The notes beneath the pieces were generated by a model that saw nothing but the letters and a program-made list of their open reading frames with translations, was not told the origin of the DNA and ran no database searches. From the human T2T-CHM13v2.0 reference genome, Homo sapiens: 64,000 nucleotides of DNA. The DNA lies in assembly GCF_009914755.1 (NCBI RefSeq), contig NC_060937.1; one strand, written 5' to 3'. Positions 16,751 through 31,260 of this stretch are shown piece after piece; position 1 is the stretch's first letter, and every line of letters begins with the position of its first letter. A program made the translations under genes and the position numbers.

Positions 16751-18472
16751 AGTATATTTTACATCTTATAAAATATAAAATATTTTACATTTTAATAAGA
16801 AATAAACATACAGAAAAAATAAATGTTTTTATAGTATATGTTTAATAAATGTTTTATTAAGAAATGTTAATATCATCTTGAACAGGTAAAGTTCTATAGA
16901 ACTCTACTTTTTACATCAATATATTACACAAAGAGGCAGATGTGGCCCTATCATAAGCAGAATATCAAAAACTGACGTATGTTTTAAAAAGTATTCTCCT
17001 CTATTTGTAAAGCTAAGAGAATATTATCATTTGAAGTATCCAAGCAGAAGCAATATAACTGTCACTATCTGAGATGGCAGATTAGATGACTTCTAAGTTA
17101 TTTTTCTATATTCCAAGAATATGTTATTTTGAATTTGTGTGGTATATTCTTCCGTGTGTTACACCCATTCTGAAACTGTTTGCATCACTGATTTCAAAAC
17201 ATACTCCTTTTTACTTCCAATATTTCAATGAATGATACCAGTATCTAATCAGTTTCACGAACCTAGAAACCTAGGAATCACCCAAGACTCTCTCCCAGCT
17301 GCAGTCCATCATCAAGGCCTTTGAGGTACACTCCAAAAAATAACTTCAAATTTTTCACATTTGTTCAGTGTTACTATCACTGACTTCATCCAAGATCTAA
17401 TAATCTCTGAGATCGACTGCTAAACTACCTCATTCTGAACTCCAAATGTGACTCAAATATTAAGGCCACAAAGTGAGAAAATGAATAATTAACACGAAAC
17501 TGCCAATCTCAGAAAAAACAAAAGGTTATAGAGACTCATTTATTCTAGTACATAAATATTTATATAATCAAGTGTCCAGTCCTAATAAATGTAATCTCAG
17601 TAGTGCCCTCAAGTATATTCTAAGCCAAACCATCTTTCTTTTATTCCTTTTTTTGTCCTTGGTGTGGGCACTGAAGAAGAAAATGTTTAGAGCAAAGCAG
17701 AAATTACTGGGCAAGCTTCTTAACAAAGTACAAAAGAGTCAAATATCTCTTTTATCAATAAGTTTCATCTTCACATACTTCAGAATAAATACGAGTATTC
17801 TGTTCTTTATGGTGTACCATTTGGAGTAGTAAATTCCATTGACAGTGACTTTAGGCAATGTGACTGAATAAACTTTATTAGGAAAAAAGTCCTCTAGGTG
17901 TGTTTAAGCACAATCCTTTTGAATTAGTTCCTTAAAGGGCATATATTATAAAAGTTCTACCTGAAATATCTAAAGTGACCATGAAATTTTCCATGGCAGA
18001 ACGTAATCCATCCCAGAAGTCATATGCTCTTGTGAAAGCTAAAATGATAATATTGTATCTTCCTTTTGTCTCTTCAGTAAATGACACTGTTGGGGAAATG
18101 ATTGTCCAGTTATGTCAAAGTCACTGAGGCAATAAAATGAACTTTATCATTCACATCTAATAAAGAGAGTCACTGAACTGTACTAAAATTAAATCCACAT
18201 TTTATTTTTTGGAATGGACAGAATATGAACAGAAACTGAGCTCCAGTAATTCCAATTTTGGAACAGAAAGTTACTTCTCTACTATTTCAGAAGTTTTGAA
18301 GGACAAATAAACTTTAGATAGAAATTTATGAAATAATGAATCAAATGCATAATTGCTGAAAATTCTTACGAACATAAAATTTTACCTATTTAATGATTTA
18401 ACATTATGGTTTGCAGTTTTTTCTTCCCTACTTTGGAAGTAATCAAACTCTCCAGGATAAAGACATTTCTTT

Positions 18473-20490
<2,018 letters not shown>

Positions 20491-23400
20491 CTGTGACATT
20501 TCCATGGGAATAAAGATATTCAGGGCAGTGCTACTCAAAGTATGGTCTGCTATGAATTATTTGTTATAGGTCTTTGATAGGCTAAGTACAGAAATAGGCA
20601 ATAAACATTTAGAAACTTTTTGAGGACTTGACAATGACGTATTTTTATTGTTTTTCTTTTTTAAGTAGTAATATGTAATTGTTTGGATTTTTAAGGTATC
20701 TTTATCACAGATAATTTGAGACTGCTTAGGTGATATGTATTGTTTATCTTTTATTTTTCCATTCATAAATAAAAGTTGCATGGATGGATTGCGGGCTTTA
20801 TCTAGAAAAACTAAAATGCCTAAACAGATATGGAAAGTCATTCTTTGTCTGCTCTGTTTCTATTGATCCTGAAAAACTATCATGGAACTCACTTCAGCTA
20901 TTTTTAAAATTATATTTCTTGCATTAAACATTCTAAAAACCTAATATGAAACTCTTATATGATATTCTAGAGACTGTAATAGAGATGACGACAGGTTCTT
21001 TGCTGAAATATTGGTCCTGGGATTTCCCCAAGTTGGTGACATGAGTATATAGTGATAGGTCCAACTATGGAAAAGTATCTACCACAGAACAGGTCAACTT
21101 TGGCCAAGAAAACAAGTCAATATTAGTTGCAGTTCTTAAATAACCTGGAGGGAGGGAGGGTGAGGAGGAAAGGGTAAAAGGGAGAGAGAGAGAGAAAGAA
21201 GAGGGACGGAAAGTTGTTATGCTTCCTATAGCTCCTTTACATGTGTGGTAGTAGTGGGATTTTATACTGGAATAAGTTTATGGCCCAACAGTCAAGCTAC
21301 TAAATAATTATATCATACTTTAGAAAAAAGTAAAATGAAACTTGAAGATAATAATTACTACTCTTCTACAAAAATATATATATGTAAAAATATAAATATT
21401 TCTCTCCCAAATGGCTTCTATGAAACAAAAAAGAAAAGCAAGCAAGGCATGCTTCACAAACAGAATTTTCTTATTTTGTGTCTTTATAATTTTCCAGGCA
21501 ATGTGCAATTCATTTCAATTTGTAGCTTTATTTATTGCTCAGTTTTGTTTCTTTCTTATTTGCTATTGAAGATTACTTTATAAAGTCTATCAAATATACA
21601 GCTTAATGAGTAGTTTGGCTTCTCTTTTTACTGCTGACCATGAACAATGAAGGAAAAAAAATAAAGAAACAGCTTTATTATTACCTACTGCCACTAAAAG
21701 ATAAAGCATGGCTTTGTTATTAGGGGGAATTGGATATCTTTTCCAATCAGATATGAAGAGAATATAAATCTTGAGGGTAAACAGCATTTAACTAAGAAAG
21801 AAGTGTAGATATAATTAAATTACAATTCTCAAAACAAATAAAACACTAATGCCTTTACTACGAACAAGATAAAAACGTCTTGAAACAGCAGTGATGTATA
21901 GCCAAGATATTTTCACAAGGAGTACAATTAAATTACATTTCATTAAAAAGTAGCTAACACTATAATTATTGGATGTGTCTTATACAGAAATGACTAATCG
22001 TTTTTATGTATTTACTTCATCCCAGGTACTATATAAAATCATATTAAAGAGTAACAACCCGATTTCACAGATAGGAACTGGCACCTATTTAATACGGCTT
22101 TCAAGAATAAACAATTTTATGTTAGAATAAAAACAAAAGAATAAAAATAGAACTAAATAAAAATAAAATAATAATAACAATTACAGCAAACAAGTGCAAC
22201 GATAACAAAAAGTATTTTAAAAAACTAAAAATGAAAATTGTATTCTTCCTAGTTGTAGATAGATGTTGAGCACTGGGAAAGGTATCATTGGATTTATTTT
22301 TTTCTAATTGAAATACAGCTATACTGTTGGCAGTCATTAACTTCAATAAACCTTTCAGGCAACCATGATTTTTTTTTAAAAAAAATTAGAATTCTGAAAG
22401 AATAATCAGAGTTTCCTAATAAGAAACATTATGCCACTAAATTGTATTGTAACAAAATGAAAATGTTAACTCACCTTCTAAATACAAAACATCACAATGT
22501 GTAACAGAAATTTCAAACTTGTTATCCCCTTTAAAGAGTACCCTTAAAAAACATCAGGATGAAAAAATTAGAAATAAAAACATGAATTTAGAAGATCTAT
22601 ACTATTCGGAAGTGAAAAATTTGGAAAACCTCACTGTATCAAATCTGTAAATATTATGGTTGCTTTCCTATGGACTATTTTTAGAGTTTAAAGCATAAGA
22701 TCATGCTTAACGCCTTAGTAATTGAAAACAATCATCTTGACTTTTTCTCCTTTGATCTGCATTGCAATAAAAAAGGGATTTGGATAGAAAAATGAAGTCT
22801 GTAAAGAAATACATTTAATTTGTATGTTAGTATTCGGTAATTAACAAGTGAATGTTAGAAATCACTTTTCACTGGAAAAATTAAATTTGTTTACATTTTG
22901 TGGAAAAACCAAACTGAAATTTTTGGATTAGCTAAAATATTTTAGAGACAATGCCCACTCTTTCAAAAAGAGTAAAGAATCTACCAAGGTCTGTAACCTA
23001 CATCTTAAAGATAGTATCTGAGTTTTGAGCCTCAAATTATCCTGTGTTCATATATTGGAATAGGAATCGTTTGGTTTTCTGATACTGGCTATAAATGTCA
23101 TAGTTAATTCTTGTCCTTGGAAATACGTATTATCTACTCTACTTGACCTTTCATTCAAAGAGGTAGTATAAAAAGACAAATAGCTAGACTTCGTTGAGCC
23201 TACAAAAAATAGATGAATTGTTTCATACCTGTATGGATGTAACTTTTTGCTTAAGAAATTCTCAAATGTGGCAGCATTCAGTTTTAAGACTTGCTTCTTT
23301 TATAATATCATAGCAAAATTATGGCAGGTTAGTTAACATTCACCTAACTCAAATTTCTATTTTGCTACCATTATTTACAAAACAAACAAAACTCAAGCAT

Positions 23401-23595
23401 TGTACCTCATCAGATTAACAGAGTAGTTCTCAAGAATCCAATTTATAACTTTTGCTTGTATTTTTGATTCAGGGTTTTAACTAGAAAACAGTAAGATAAT
23501 TTTGCTGAGTTATAAAGAATATTTAAATGTATAACTGGCCTTACTATATTTATCCTATTTTTTATTTTCCTGCTTCCATCTCAGTGCCAACCAGA

Positions 23596-24197
23596 TGACA
23601 GTGGAAAAACCAACCAAAGTCTGCCAAATATTTAAGAGGTATATTTGAGCCAATACTAGTGACCACAGCCCAAGGTTGGAATGAAAGTTTCATAAATGAA
23701 AGAAAAAAGCTCTTTGCAACGGAGAGGGTAGCCCAAGTGGGTTGCTGTTTTTACAGTTGAATTCAAAAGCTTTTACAAAAACTCTTCTCACCTCTGTGGC
23801 TGTTTGAACAACTTCTCTTACCTGGAAAGCTGTCTGTATGATTCCCTCTTATGTATGTACTTGTGGGTATGTCTCAAGGTAGGCACAATGCACAGCTTCT
23901 CTTGTTTGTATAACTGTGGGTTAGCTCTAGGTAAGCCCCCCTCCTCCCTGTGTAAGTTCCCACTGAGCCCACTGTGTATATGGCTGAAAAGGGGAGGAAA
24001 CTTTTTCCTGGGAGCTCACTAATCACACAAAGAGCAAAAGGCTTCTGTGCTGGACTCTGCCTGCTTATCTGTGCAGGTGCACCTTGAGTTTTCCCCGGGC
24101 TGCTCTATTTTTGCCTGTAGCTGTGGTTTTTCAGGCAGGCTACTTCTCTCAGCCTTAACTGTTTACCTAATTGAATTTTCCTTTTCTTTTTCCTCAC
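23596..24197 (-). mobile_element. ERV1 LTR (MER61/MER83-group-like)
   Basis: Minus strand begins TGAGGAAAAAGAAAAGGAAAATTCAATTAGGTAAACAGTTAAGG...CCTGAAAAACCACAGCTACAGGCA. More GC-rich than its flanks. Subfamily uncertain. Confidence 0.55.
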
Positions 24198-24333
24198 TTT
24201 GAGTTTCCCTATCAATTCAATAACTTGCCATAAATAGTTATTGTTACATTTCTAAAGGCCTTTTGTATTTGATTTTTGTTTTGTTTTGATTTTAAATACT
24301 TTTCAAGTGTTTGCTAAGGACTAGTCACTGAAC

Positions 24334-24893
24334 TGTAGGGGCCAGGGGAAACTTTCCCTTCACGCTCTGACAGTTTGCTGAACATCATCTGACAAAGGTC
24401 AGATTAATAGGAGAAATGGCATACACATTTATTTGATCATAATTTCAGGTGACATGGAAGCCTTCAGAATGAAGACTCAAAGATACAGGGGAAACTGTCC
24501 GTTTTTATGCTTAGGTTAAACAAATTATGAAAAGCCATGGAGAAATATTATTGGAGGACAAGGGTATAATCTAATGCTAAAAGACTGGGTAATGAAACAC
24601 AACAAGGTCTGTTTGTTTAGATTTTTCTTGGCCTCTGCGTGCCACATTCTTTCCTTCTGGGTGTGGGGCAAGGCCCTCTCTGGAATGGGGTTTTTATGAC
24701 CTACAATCAAATAAGTTAGGCCAGACTATTTCTCTTCTTTTTTCTCTTTTACTTTCAACTTTTCTTGTTTTTAGAGATGAGGTTTCACTCTGTCAACCAG
24801 GCTGGAGCTCAGTGGGCTTAAGGGATTCTCCTACCTCAGCCTGCCAACTATCTGAGACAACAGGCATGCCCCACCATACCTGGCTAATTTTTT

Positions 24894-24937
<44 letters not shown>

Positions 24938-25288
24938 TGAAAAGGTCTCATTATATTGCCCAGGCTGGTCTTGAACTTCTGAGCTCAAGTAATATTCCTG
25001 TCTCTGCCTCCCAACATACTGGGATTACAGACCTGAGCCACCACACCTGATGAGATAATTTATTTACGGCCAATTTTTACATAGAAAGGTGGGGGAAAGT
25101 AAAGATCATATTTAATGACTGGCTTTAGAGGAAAGGGGTTCTGATTTCTATGATCTGTCTTGGACAAGAGGGATTCTAGTTACCTTGGTGAGCCCAGCAG
25201 GAGAATGAGAGGCCAGACAGGAGGGCAGGAGAAGGTCAGAGAGAGCTGCTTCTGAGGCCTTTATTTGGGGGTGTTGTTTCCTGAAACA
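24334..25288 (-). mobile_element. ERV1 LTR (MER31/MER34/MER67-group), interrupted by an AluJ
   Basis: Reverse polyA region CAGATTAATAGGAGAAATGGCATACACATTTATTTG. The minus-strand start includes ACCCCCAAATAAAGGCCTCAGAAGCAGC...CTGACCTTCTCCTGCCCTCCTG. Confidence 0.6.
24735..25050 (-). mobile_element. AluJ with a right-arm deletion and a T41 linker
   Basis: Diverged Alu arms lacking ~35 bp after GGCTGGAGCTCAGTG. T run at 24896-24936. Confidence 0.8.
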
Positions 25289-25914
25289 CTGAAGGGCTAA
25301 GCCATTTAAATATTTTTTACAATTAACCCTATCAATGTATTCACAGATGATTTTGACAATTAAACCTCTCAATATAATTATAGTTTAGGAAACTCAGAAA
25401 CAAATAAGGTTTCTAAAGTTCTATGTCTGGAAAAAGGCAGAACCTAGACACAAGGTTCACATAATAGGGGATGTTGATGTCTTAGGTTTTGGAAAAATTA
25501 GCATCACATTACATATTTATATGTTAAAACATGATACTTCTTTTACTGTGGAATCACCTTAGCTTTTCTTTTAGTATATTCTTTGTGTGATCTGAATTCA
25601 AATTATAATTTTTAGCTACTAAGAAAAACTCCTGAATATATAAGAAAATGTTTTGTTGAAATGTATTATTGAACTTGCTACAAATGAAAGAAAAATATAA
25701 ACTGGCCGGTAGTTCATCCAGTAATTACTACTATTTGAATTTTGATCCACAATTTATAGTTCCAAAGAAAATAAAAGTAGGTTAATTGATGCATATATTG
25801 TTTCTTTTTCTGAAAGACTTACAGAAAAAAGGTACCCTAAATTTTTCCAAAGATAAGCTACTTAATACAGTTAACATAAATTCAATGACATTAAATGGTT
25901 TGCATTTCCTAGGC

Positions 25915-25986
25915 TGTATTAATCAGAGTTCTCCAGAGAAACAGAACCAGGTTCTGCTTATAGATATATCCAGTTTTCTAAACAGA

Positions 25987-26029
<43 letters not shown>

Positions 26030-26989
26030 TGTGTGTGTATGTATATATGTGTGTGTGTATGTATATATGTGTGTGTGTGTATATATACACACACACACAT
26101 ATATACATACACACACACATATATACATACACACACACATATATATTCCCAGAAGATATTTTGGGAATTTCTTCACTGGCATTTTATATATAATCTCTTT
26201 AATATAATCTATATATATATAAATATATATATAATCTATATATCTATATATAATCTCTATCTATATATAATCTATATATCTATATATAGATCTATAGATA
26301 TCTATATATAGATAATATATAGATAATGATATATATAGAAAATATATAGATAATATATAATGTAATATATATTATATATTATATATATAATCTATATATA
26401 ATCTATATATAATCTATATATAATATATGATTATATATAATATATATTATATATTATTATATATTATATATATATTATTATATATATATTATTATATATA
26501 GAGAGATTATATATATTATATAGAGAGAGATTATATATATATATTTCATTGATTCATATGTATCATATATATGGGAGCTTTGTTTTATGAATTAGCTCAC
26601 TTAATTATGGAGGCCTAAAATCCCTTGATCAGCCATCTTCAATCTGGAGAGCCAGAGGAATCTGTGGTATAAGTCCCAATCAAAGCCTGAAGGCGCAAGA
26701 ACCAAGAAAGCCAGTGTTTAAGGTCAAGAGATAATGGATGTCTCAGCTTAAGCAGAGAAAGCAAATTTGCTCTTTCTCTGCCTTTTTGTTCTATTCAAGA
26801 CCTCAGTGGATTTGATGATGGCCACCTATGTTGGTGAGGGCAATCTCCTTTACTCTTTACTCAGCCTGCAGACTCAAATGCTAATCTCTTTCAGAAACAC
26901 TGCCACAAACACACTCGGAAATAATGTTTTACTAGCTACCTGAGCATCCTTTGATTCGTTCATGTTTGTACATAAAATTAAACCTCACA
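25915..26989 (-). mobile_element. MLT2-family LTR with a ~600-bp expanded simple-repeat insert
   Basis: Starts TGTATTAATCAGAGTTCTCCAGAGAAACAGAACCA; continues GAATTAGCTCAC..ATTATGGAGGC; ends CATAAAATTAAACCTCACA. Confidence 0.85.
25990..26572. repeat. Compound (TG)n/(TA)n/(CA)n microsatellite and TA-rich low-complexity block
   Basis: Directly visible; includes a 20-bp periodic unit GTATATATGTGTGTGTGTAT and its inverse. Confidence 0.95.
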
Positions 26990-29900
26990 GAGCACTTCAT
27001 TAGAAAACAATTTGGGATTTATTTCTGAGCTTCTGAAGAAAGGAACTAGCAGAAATACCTTCCTCTTACCAAGGGTTAGTGGTGGTAGGCTTGCAGAGGA
27101 GAGGGGGAAGTTGCTTAGAGAAAAATATATGTAATTGCTTTTTATTTCTTTCTCCAACCTACCTCAGATGTCTCCTCCAAGCCTTTCTATTCTTATAAAT
27201 GAGACTTTCCTTAGTAAATTTGTCTTTATCTCCCAAAGTAATTTGATGTTCCCTCATCAACCTCTTTTATATCTGGCACTTAAATCCATCATAGAACTTA
27301 CACAAGCTACAGAAATTCTTACCTACATATGTTTTCCTTCTCACTGTTAACCTTGATGTAAAGAATGATGTATTTAAGACGATGCCTTCAACACTGATTT
27401 GGATTCCTGGCATTACAGAAGGAATTCAATAAATATTTGCCAGATAAATATGTTGCATTATGAATATATTATATTTATCTTTATTCTGTAAATAATACAG
27501 AATTAGTTATTCATTTTAATATGGCTCTGTAATTTCTACATGCTTATCCAATTTCAAAGCCAATTTTTTCCTGAAAATTTCTGAATTGTTATGATAGATA
27601 TTCTGTTTAAATTAATAGCATAATATATGAATAGTAGCATTAGACTAATGAAGTTTTTCTATTACTAATATCTTTTATAGCCAGAGATACAATTAATTCA
27701 GACTGTAAATGTACATCTAAGAATGTGAAGCATTTATTAAAGACATGTAGTTATATAAGCTAAACTGCTAAACAGGAAACACATAGGAAATTAAAGACTA
27801 ACCACCAAAACAGAAACATTTTGTTGACCTCTAAATCTACTCATCTGTTTCTATGCTTCCTCATAATACTTATGGGCTGTTAACTTCCTAGGTTTTAGAA
27901 AAATTAACATCATATCACATATTTAGATGTTAAAATATGACACCTCTTTGACTCTGAAATCACCTTAGCTTTTCTTTTACTACATTATTTGGCATTGTTT
28001 TGTTAGGTCAATTCAACAGTCATGGTTTTCGTCTCCATGGTTACTTTTGCAAATGTAATTTGGTAAGAAGATCAGAGTAAAAATCAATCAAAGCAGTACT
28101 TGGACAGGCAATTTATTCTCCTGAATGTTACACTTCATGGACTGTTTTCTAGAGTCCTTTAGGAACTCAATTTTTTAAACTAACATCAAATTAGCTTTCA
28201 TGTAATTTCCTTCTTCAAATATTTAAATTAAAAGTGAATTCCTGATGAGGATCTTTTACACGCATTGTCTAAGTATGTCATTAATATAATCTAATTATTA
28301 CATATCACTTATATCTGGTATTAGAAGTGAGGAAAAGGAAAAGGTTTTCGAACATTTGAAAAAATATAGGTATTCAAACATATTTTTAAAAGAACATCAT
28401 TTGTATCTGTGTGCATGGAAAGTATGGGATATGACTTGTAAAAATTGTAAACAGTCTAAGCTCAACTTTCTAAATTACAACTAAGCAGAAATTGACATTC
28501 AAATTTATGTTTAGCTATCTTATATCTGTCCTAAATTGGGGAACAATGTGATAGAGTAGAAATATACTAGTTTTTGCAAAAATATCAAGTTATAATTAAT
28601 GTAGCAATTTTATATACAATTAAATATATTATATATTTTACTATAAGTAATCTGGTATCCAAAAATAAGCATAATAGTTTAAGCTAATATGAAGCATTTT
28701 TCTCACAATTATATTAGAAAAATAGATTGACAGATATATACCATAAAATTCTGTTTTTAGTTCTACAAAAGGTAGAGTGTATCTCTGAAAAAAAAAACAG
28801 TATTTTAAATAGGGAGATAATAATGAATTAATAATACATATAAGAATAATTTACAAATATCAAATATATTTTATATTTTTGAGTGGGTGTGTTATGTGCT
28901 TGAGAAAAAAGAGTATTAGTGTTTTTTTCATAGAATAAAAATCAACTTTTAAACTACTTATATCAACAAATAATATTTTTCCTAAGTTTGCAAATATAAC
29001 TTTGAAAGTCTTAGTGCTTTAATTATAAATCTAGGAAATATAGATAATCTGTTTTAGGGAAACCTTGATTAATATGTGCTTATGTAAATTTAAGTACATT
29101 AAAATTCCTTAAAAATTCTCATTTACAGCTTATTTTAACTCCTTGAAACCTTTTAATCTACATTCATAAATACAACTTAATTCATTTTAAGCTTTTGAAG
29201 TACTTATCCTAAGACAGAAACTTCAAAACATTAGTCAACTCTAAAACTACAACATATTAAAATTATATATTAAATGGTCAGTTTGTAATATTCAAAATTA
29301 TTTATAAATGTTGCCATTTTTAACTTTACTGCATACAATTTTAAATTTAAAATTACTTTCTAAATTAGAATTTCAGGTCAATTTTGATTGAACTTCTAAC
29401 ATCACAATCTGTTGATATAACCATTTTAAATATAATCCCTCAGTTTGGTACCAAATTGTTGTCGCTATGAGTTTGATGTACTTCATCATCTATATATCAA
29501 TCCTAAACCTTTCAGATTTCGAAAACACAAGTTCGTCACTAGGCAGTAAAATAGGTTTACCCCTCTAAGCAAGCTGGGTTTTAATTCTCACATAAACTGA
29601 ACTTACTATCTCAATAACTGAAGTTGGTGAGAGGCGCTGATTGATAAAAGTTAAGAGATTTGACTGTGAGACCAAACCTACTTCTGTTGTCTCCAGTCTC
29701 AGTGGGCTAAAAGAGACAGTAAAACAATGGGTGTAGGAAGAATATAAAATCTACTTTTTCTCGCATCTTCCTTTTTAAAAATTGTAGCTTTTTGTAGCTG
29801 TAACTTTCTGCTTATCATATATCCCATTTTACCTAGCTAATTACTATTTCTCTGCTGGGGCTTGGGAGAAATCCAAGCAGTCCTCTTCTTCCCCATCTAT

Positions 29901-30231
29901 TTTCAGAACCAATTAAAAAATAAAAAAGGAAAAAGCAGTTGAGAACTAAAACATTAATCTTATTCCTGATGGAGCTGACACTGAGGTGCATAAATTACAT
30001 GAGAGAGCTAAGCAAGGTTGCCAACTCTTCATTTGATGCTTTCATTGAGAAAACCAGAAACTAAATAGAGTTTGCAGAGAAATAATTACTGAAATTGGTG
30101 TTTCACAAAGTTTAATAAGCCACATTAGGGTATCTGTTAAAAAAACAAGATCTCATTTAGTAGCTCTGATTGGGCCCTCAGATACAGCATTTCTAATAAG
30201 CTCCTAGGACTTTGGTTAGTAAGGACCTAGT

Positions 30232-30561
30232 CTGGATGTTAGGAAACTTTCTCTGTAAAGGGCCAGACAGTAAATATTTTTGACTTTGTGGGCCATGGTG
30301 GTCTCTTCTGCAATTCTTCAATTCTGCTAGTGTAGCTCAAAAGTAACCACAGCCAATGCAATGTAAAGGAGTTGGAATGACTGTGCTTAAATAATACTTT
30401 GCAGGCATAGAAATTTGAGTTTCAAACAATTTTCATATGTCATAAAATATCTTTCTTTTGATATTTTTGTCAACTATTAAAGAGGTGAATACCCATTCTT
30501 AGCTCATAGGTAAGATAACATGCACCAGGATTTTACCTGTGCCCCTATATTGCAAACCCCC
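30232..30561 (+). mobile_element. MER58B (hAT-Charlie DNA transposon)
   Basis: AAACTTTTCTCTGTAAAGGGCCAGACAGTAAATATTTT...ATTCTTAGCTCATAGG...TTGCAAACCCC. Confidence 0.8.
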
Positions 30562-30670
30562 AACCTAGATTTTTGTCTTACGGTGGCCTTAGTAGAGCCA
30601 GATACAGAAAAAGAGCAAATGTCCCAAAGCTTTCATAGAGAAACAACTGGAAAAATAGAGTAATGTCAAT

Positions 30671-31260
30671 TGTAAGAAGAAATACAAATTAAAAATCAGA
30701 GGCTTAATTCTCCCTGTTAAGAATAAGAGACAAAATGTTCTGTCCCCTCCGTTTTCTCAGAGTTTTTACTTTTGAAAAATGTCAAATTCTAAGTAATTTT
30801 CCTCTCATTGAAATATATAAAAATCCTTTCAAAATCTAAATAGGCCTTTGGTGAGTTTTGTAATGTAAGGATGTCTCTCTCAAAGACCTGTGAGCCGTTC
30901 CTTTGAAATGTAAGACATAAGGAAGAGAGCATCCCTAGTTCCCAGTTTCTATGGGAGGTTAGGAGACTAACTTCCCTTAGCACATTGCTTCAAATTGCCA
31001 AATTACTGGCTGTCGTAAAGTTTTGAAAAATTTGCTTTTCTTGTGGGTAAAGCTAATTAGCTAACACAGATGGTCACTCCAACTACCAGATAAAGCTAGA
31101 ATGAATTATGTGTTACAAATGGTGTTATCAAGTCCTCTTGCTTGACTAGATACAGTGGCTAGATTTCTTTCTGGTTTTCGTAGTGTCTTAGTGATTGCCT
31201 GTGATGTGCATCCCATTCTAGTTAAATCTCATTCAATAATAGAGTTATCAACTAACTTTG
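30671..31260 (+). mobile_element. Probable old ERV1 LTR (LTR37-like)
   Basis: Starts TGTAAGAAGAAATACAAATTAAAAATCAGAGGCTTAATTCTCCCTGTT; contains GGATGTCTCTCTCAAAGACCTG.GAGCC.TTCCTTTGAAATGTAA. Family recalled from memory only. Confidence 0.45.

Noticed and set aside
25786-26311. Overlapping CV/YI/TH-repeat ORFs (also at 38575-38881 and 60698-61141)
   Set aside because: These are translations of (TG)n/(TA)n/(CA)n microsatellites.
29540-30060. Repeat-free, slightly GC-richer patch with a SOX-like AACAATGG as a possible enhancer
   Set aside because: Short motifs alone are not evidence; conservation or chromatin data would be needed.
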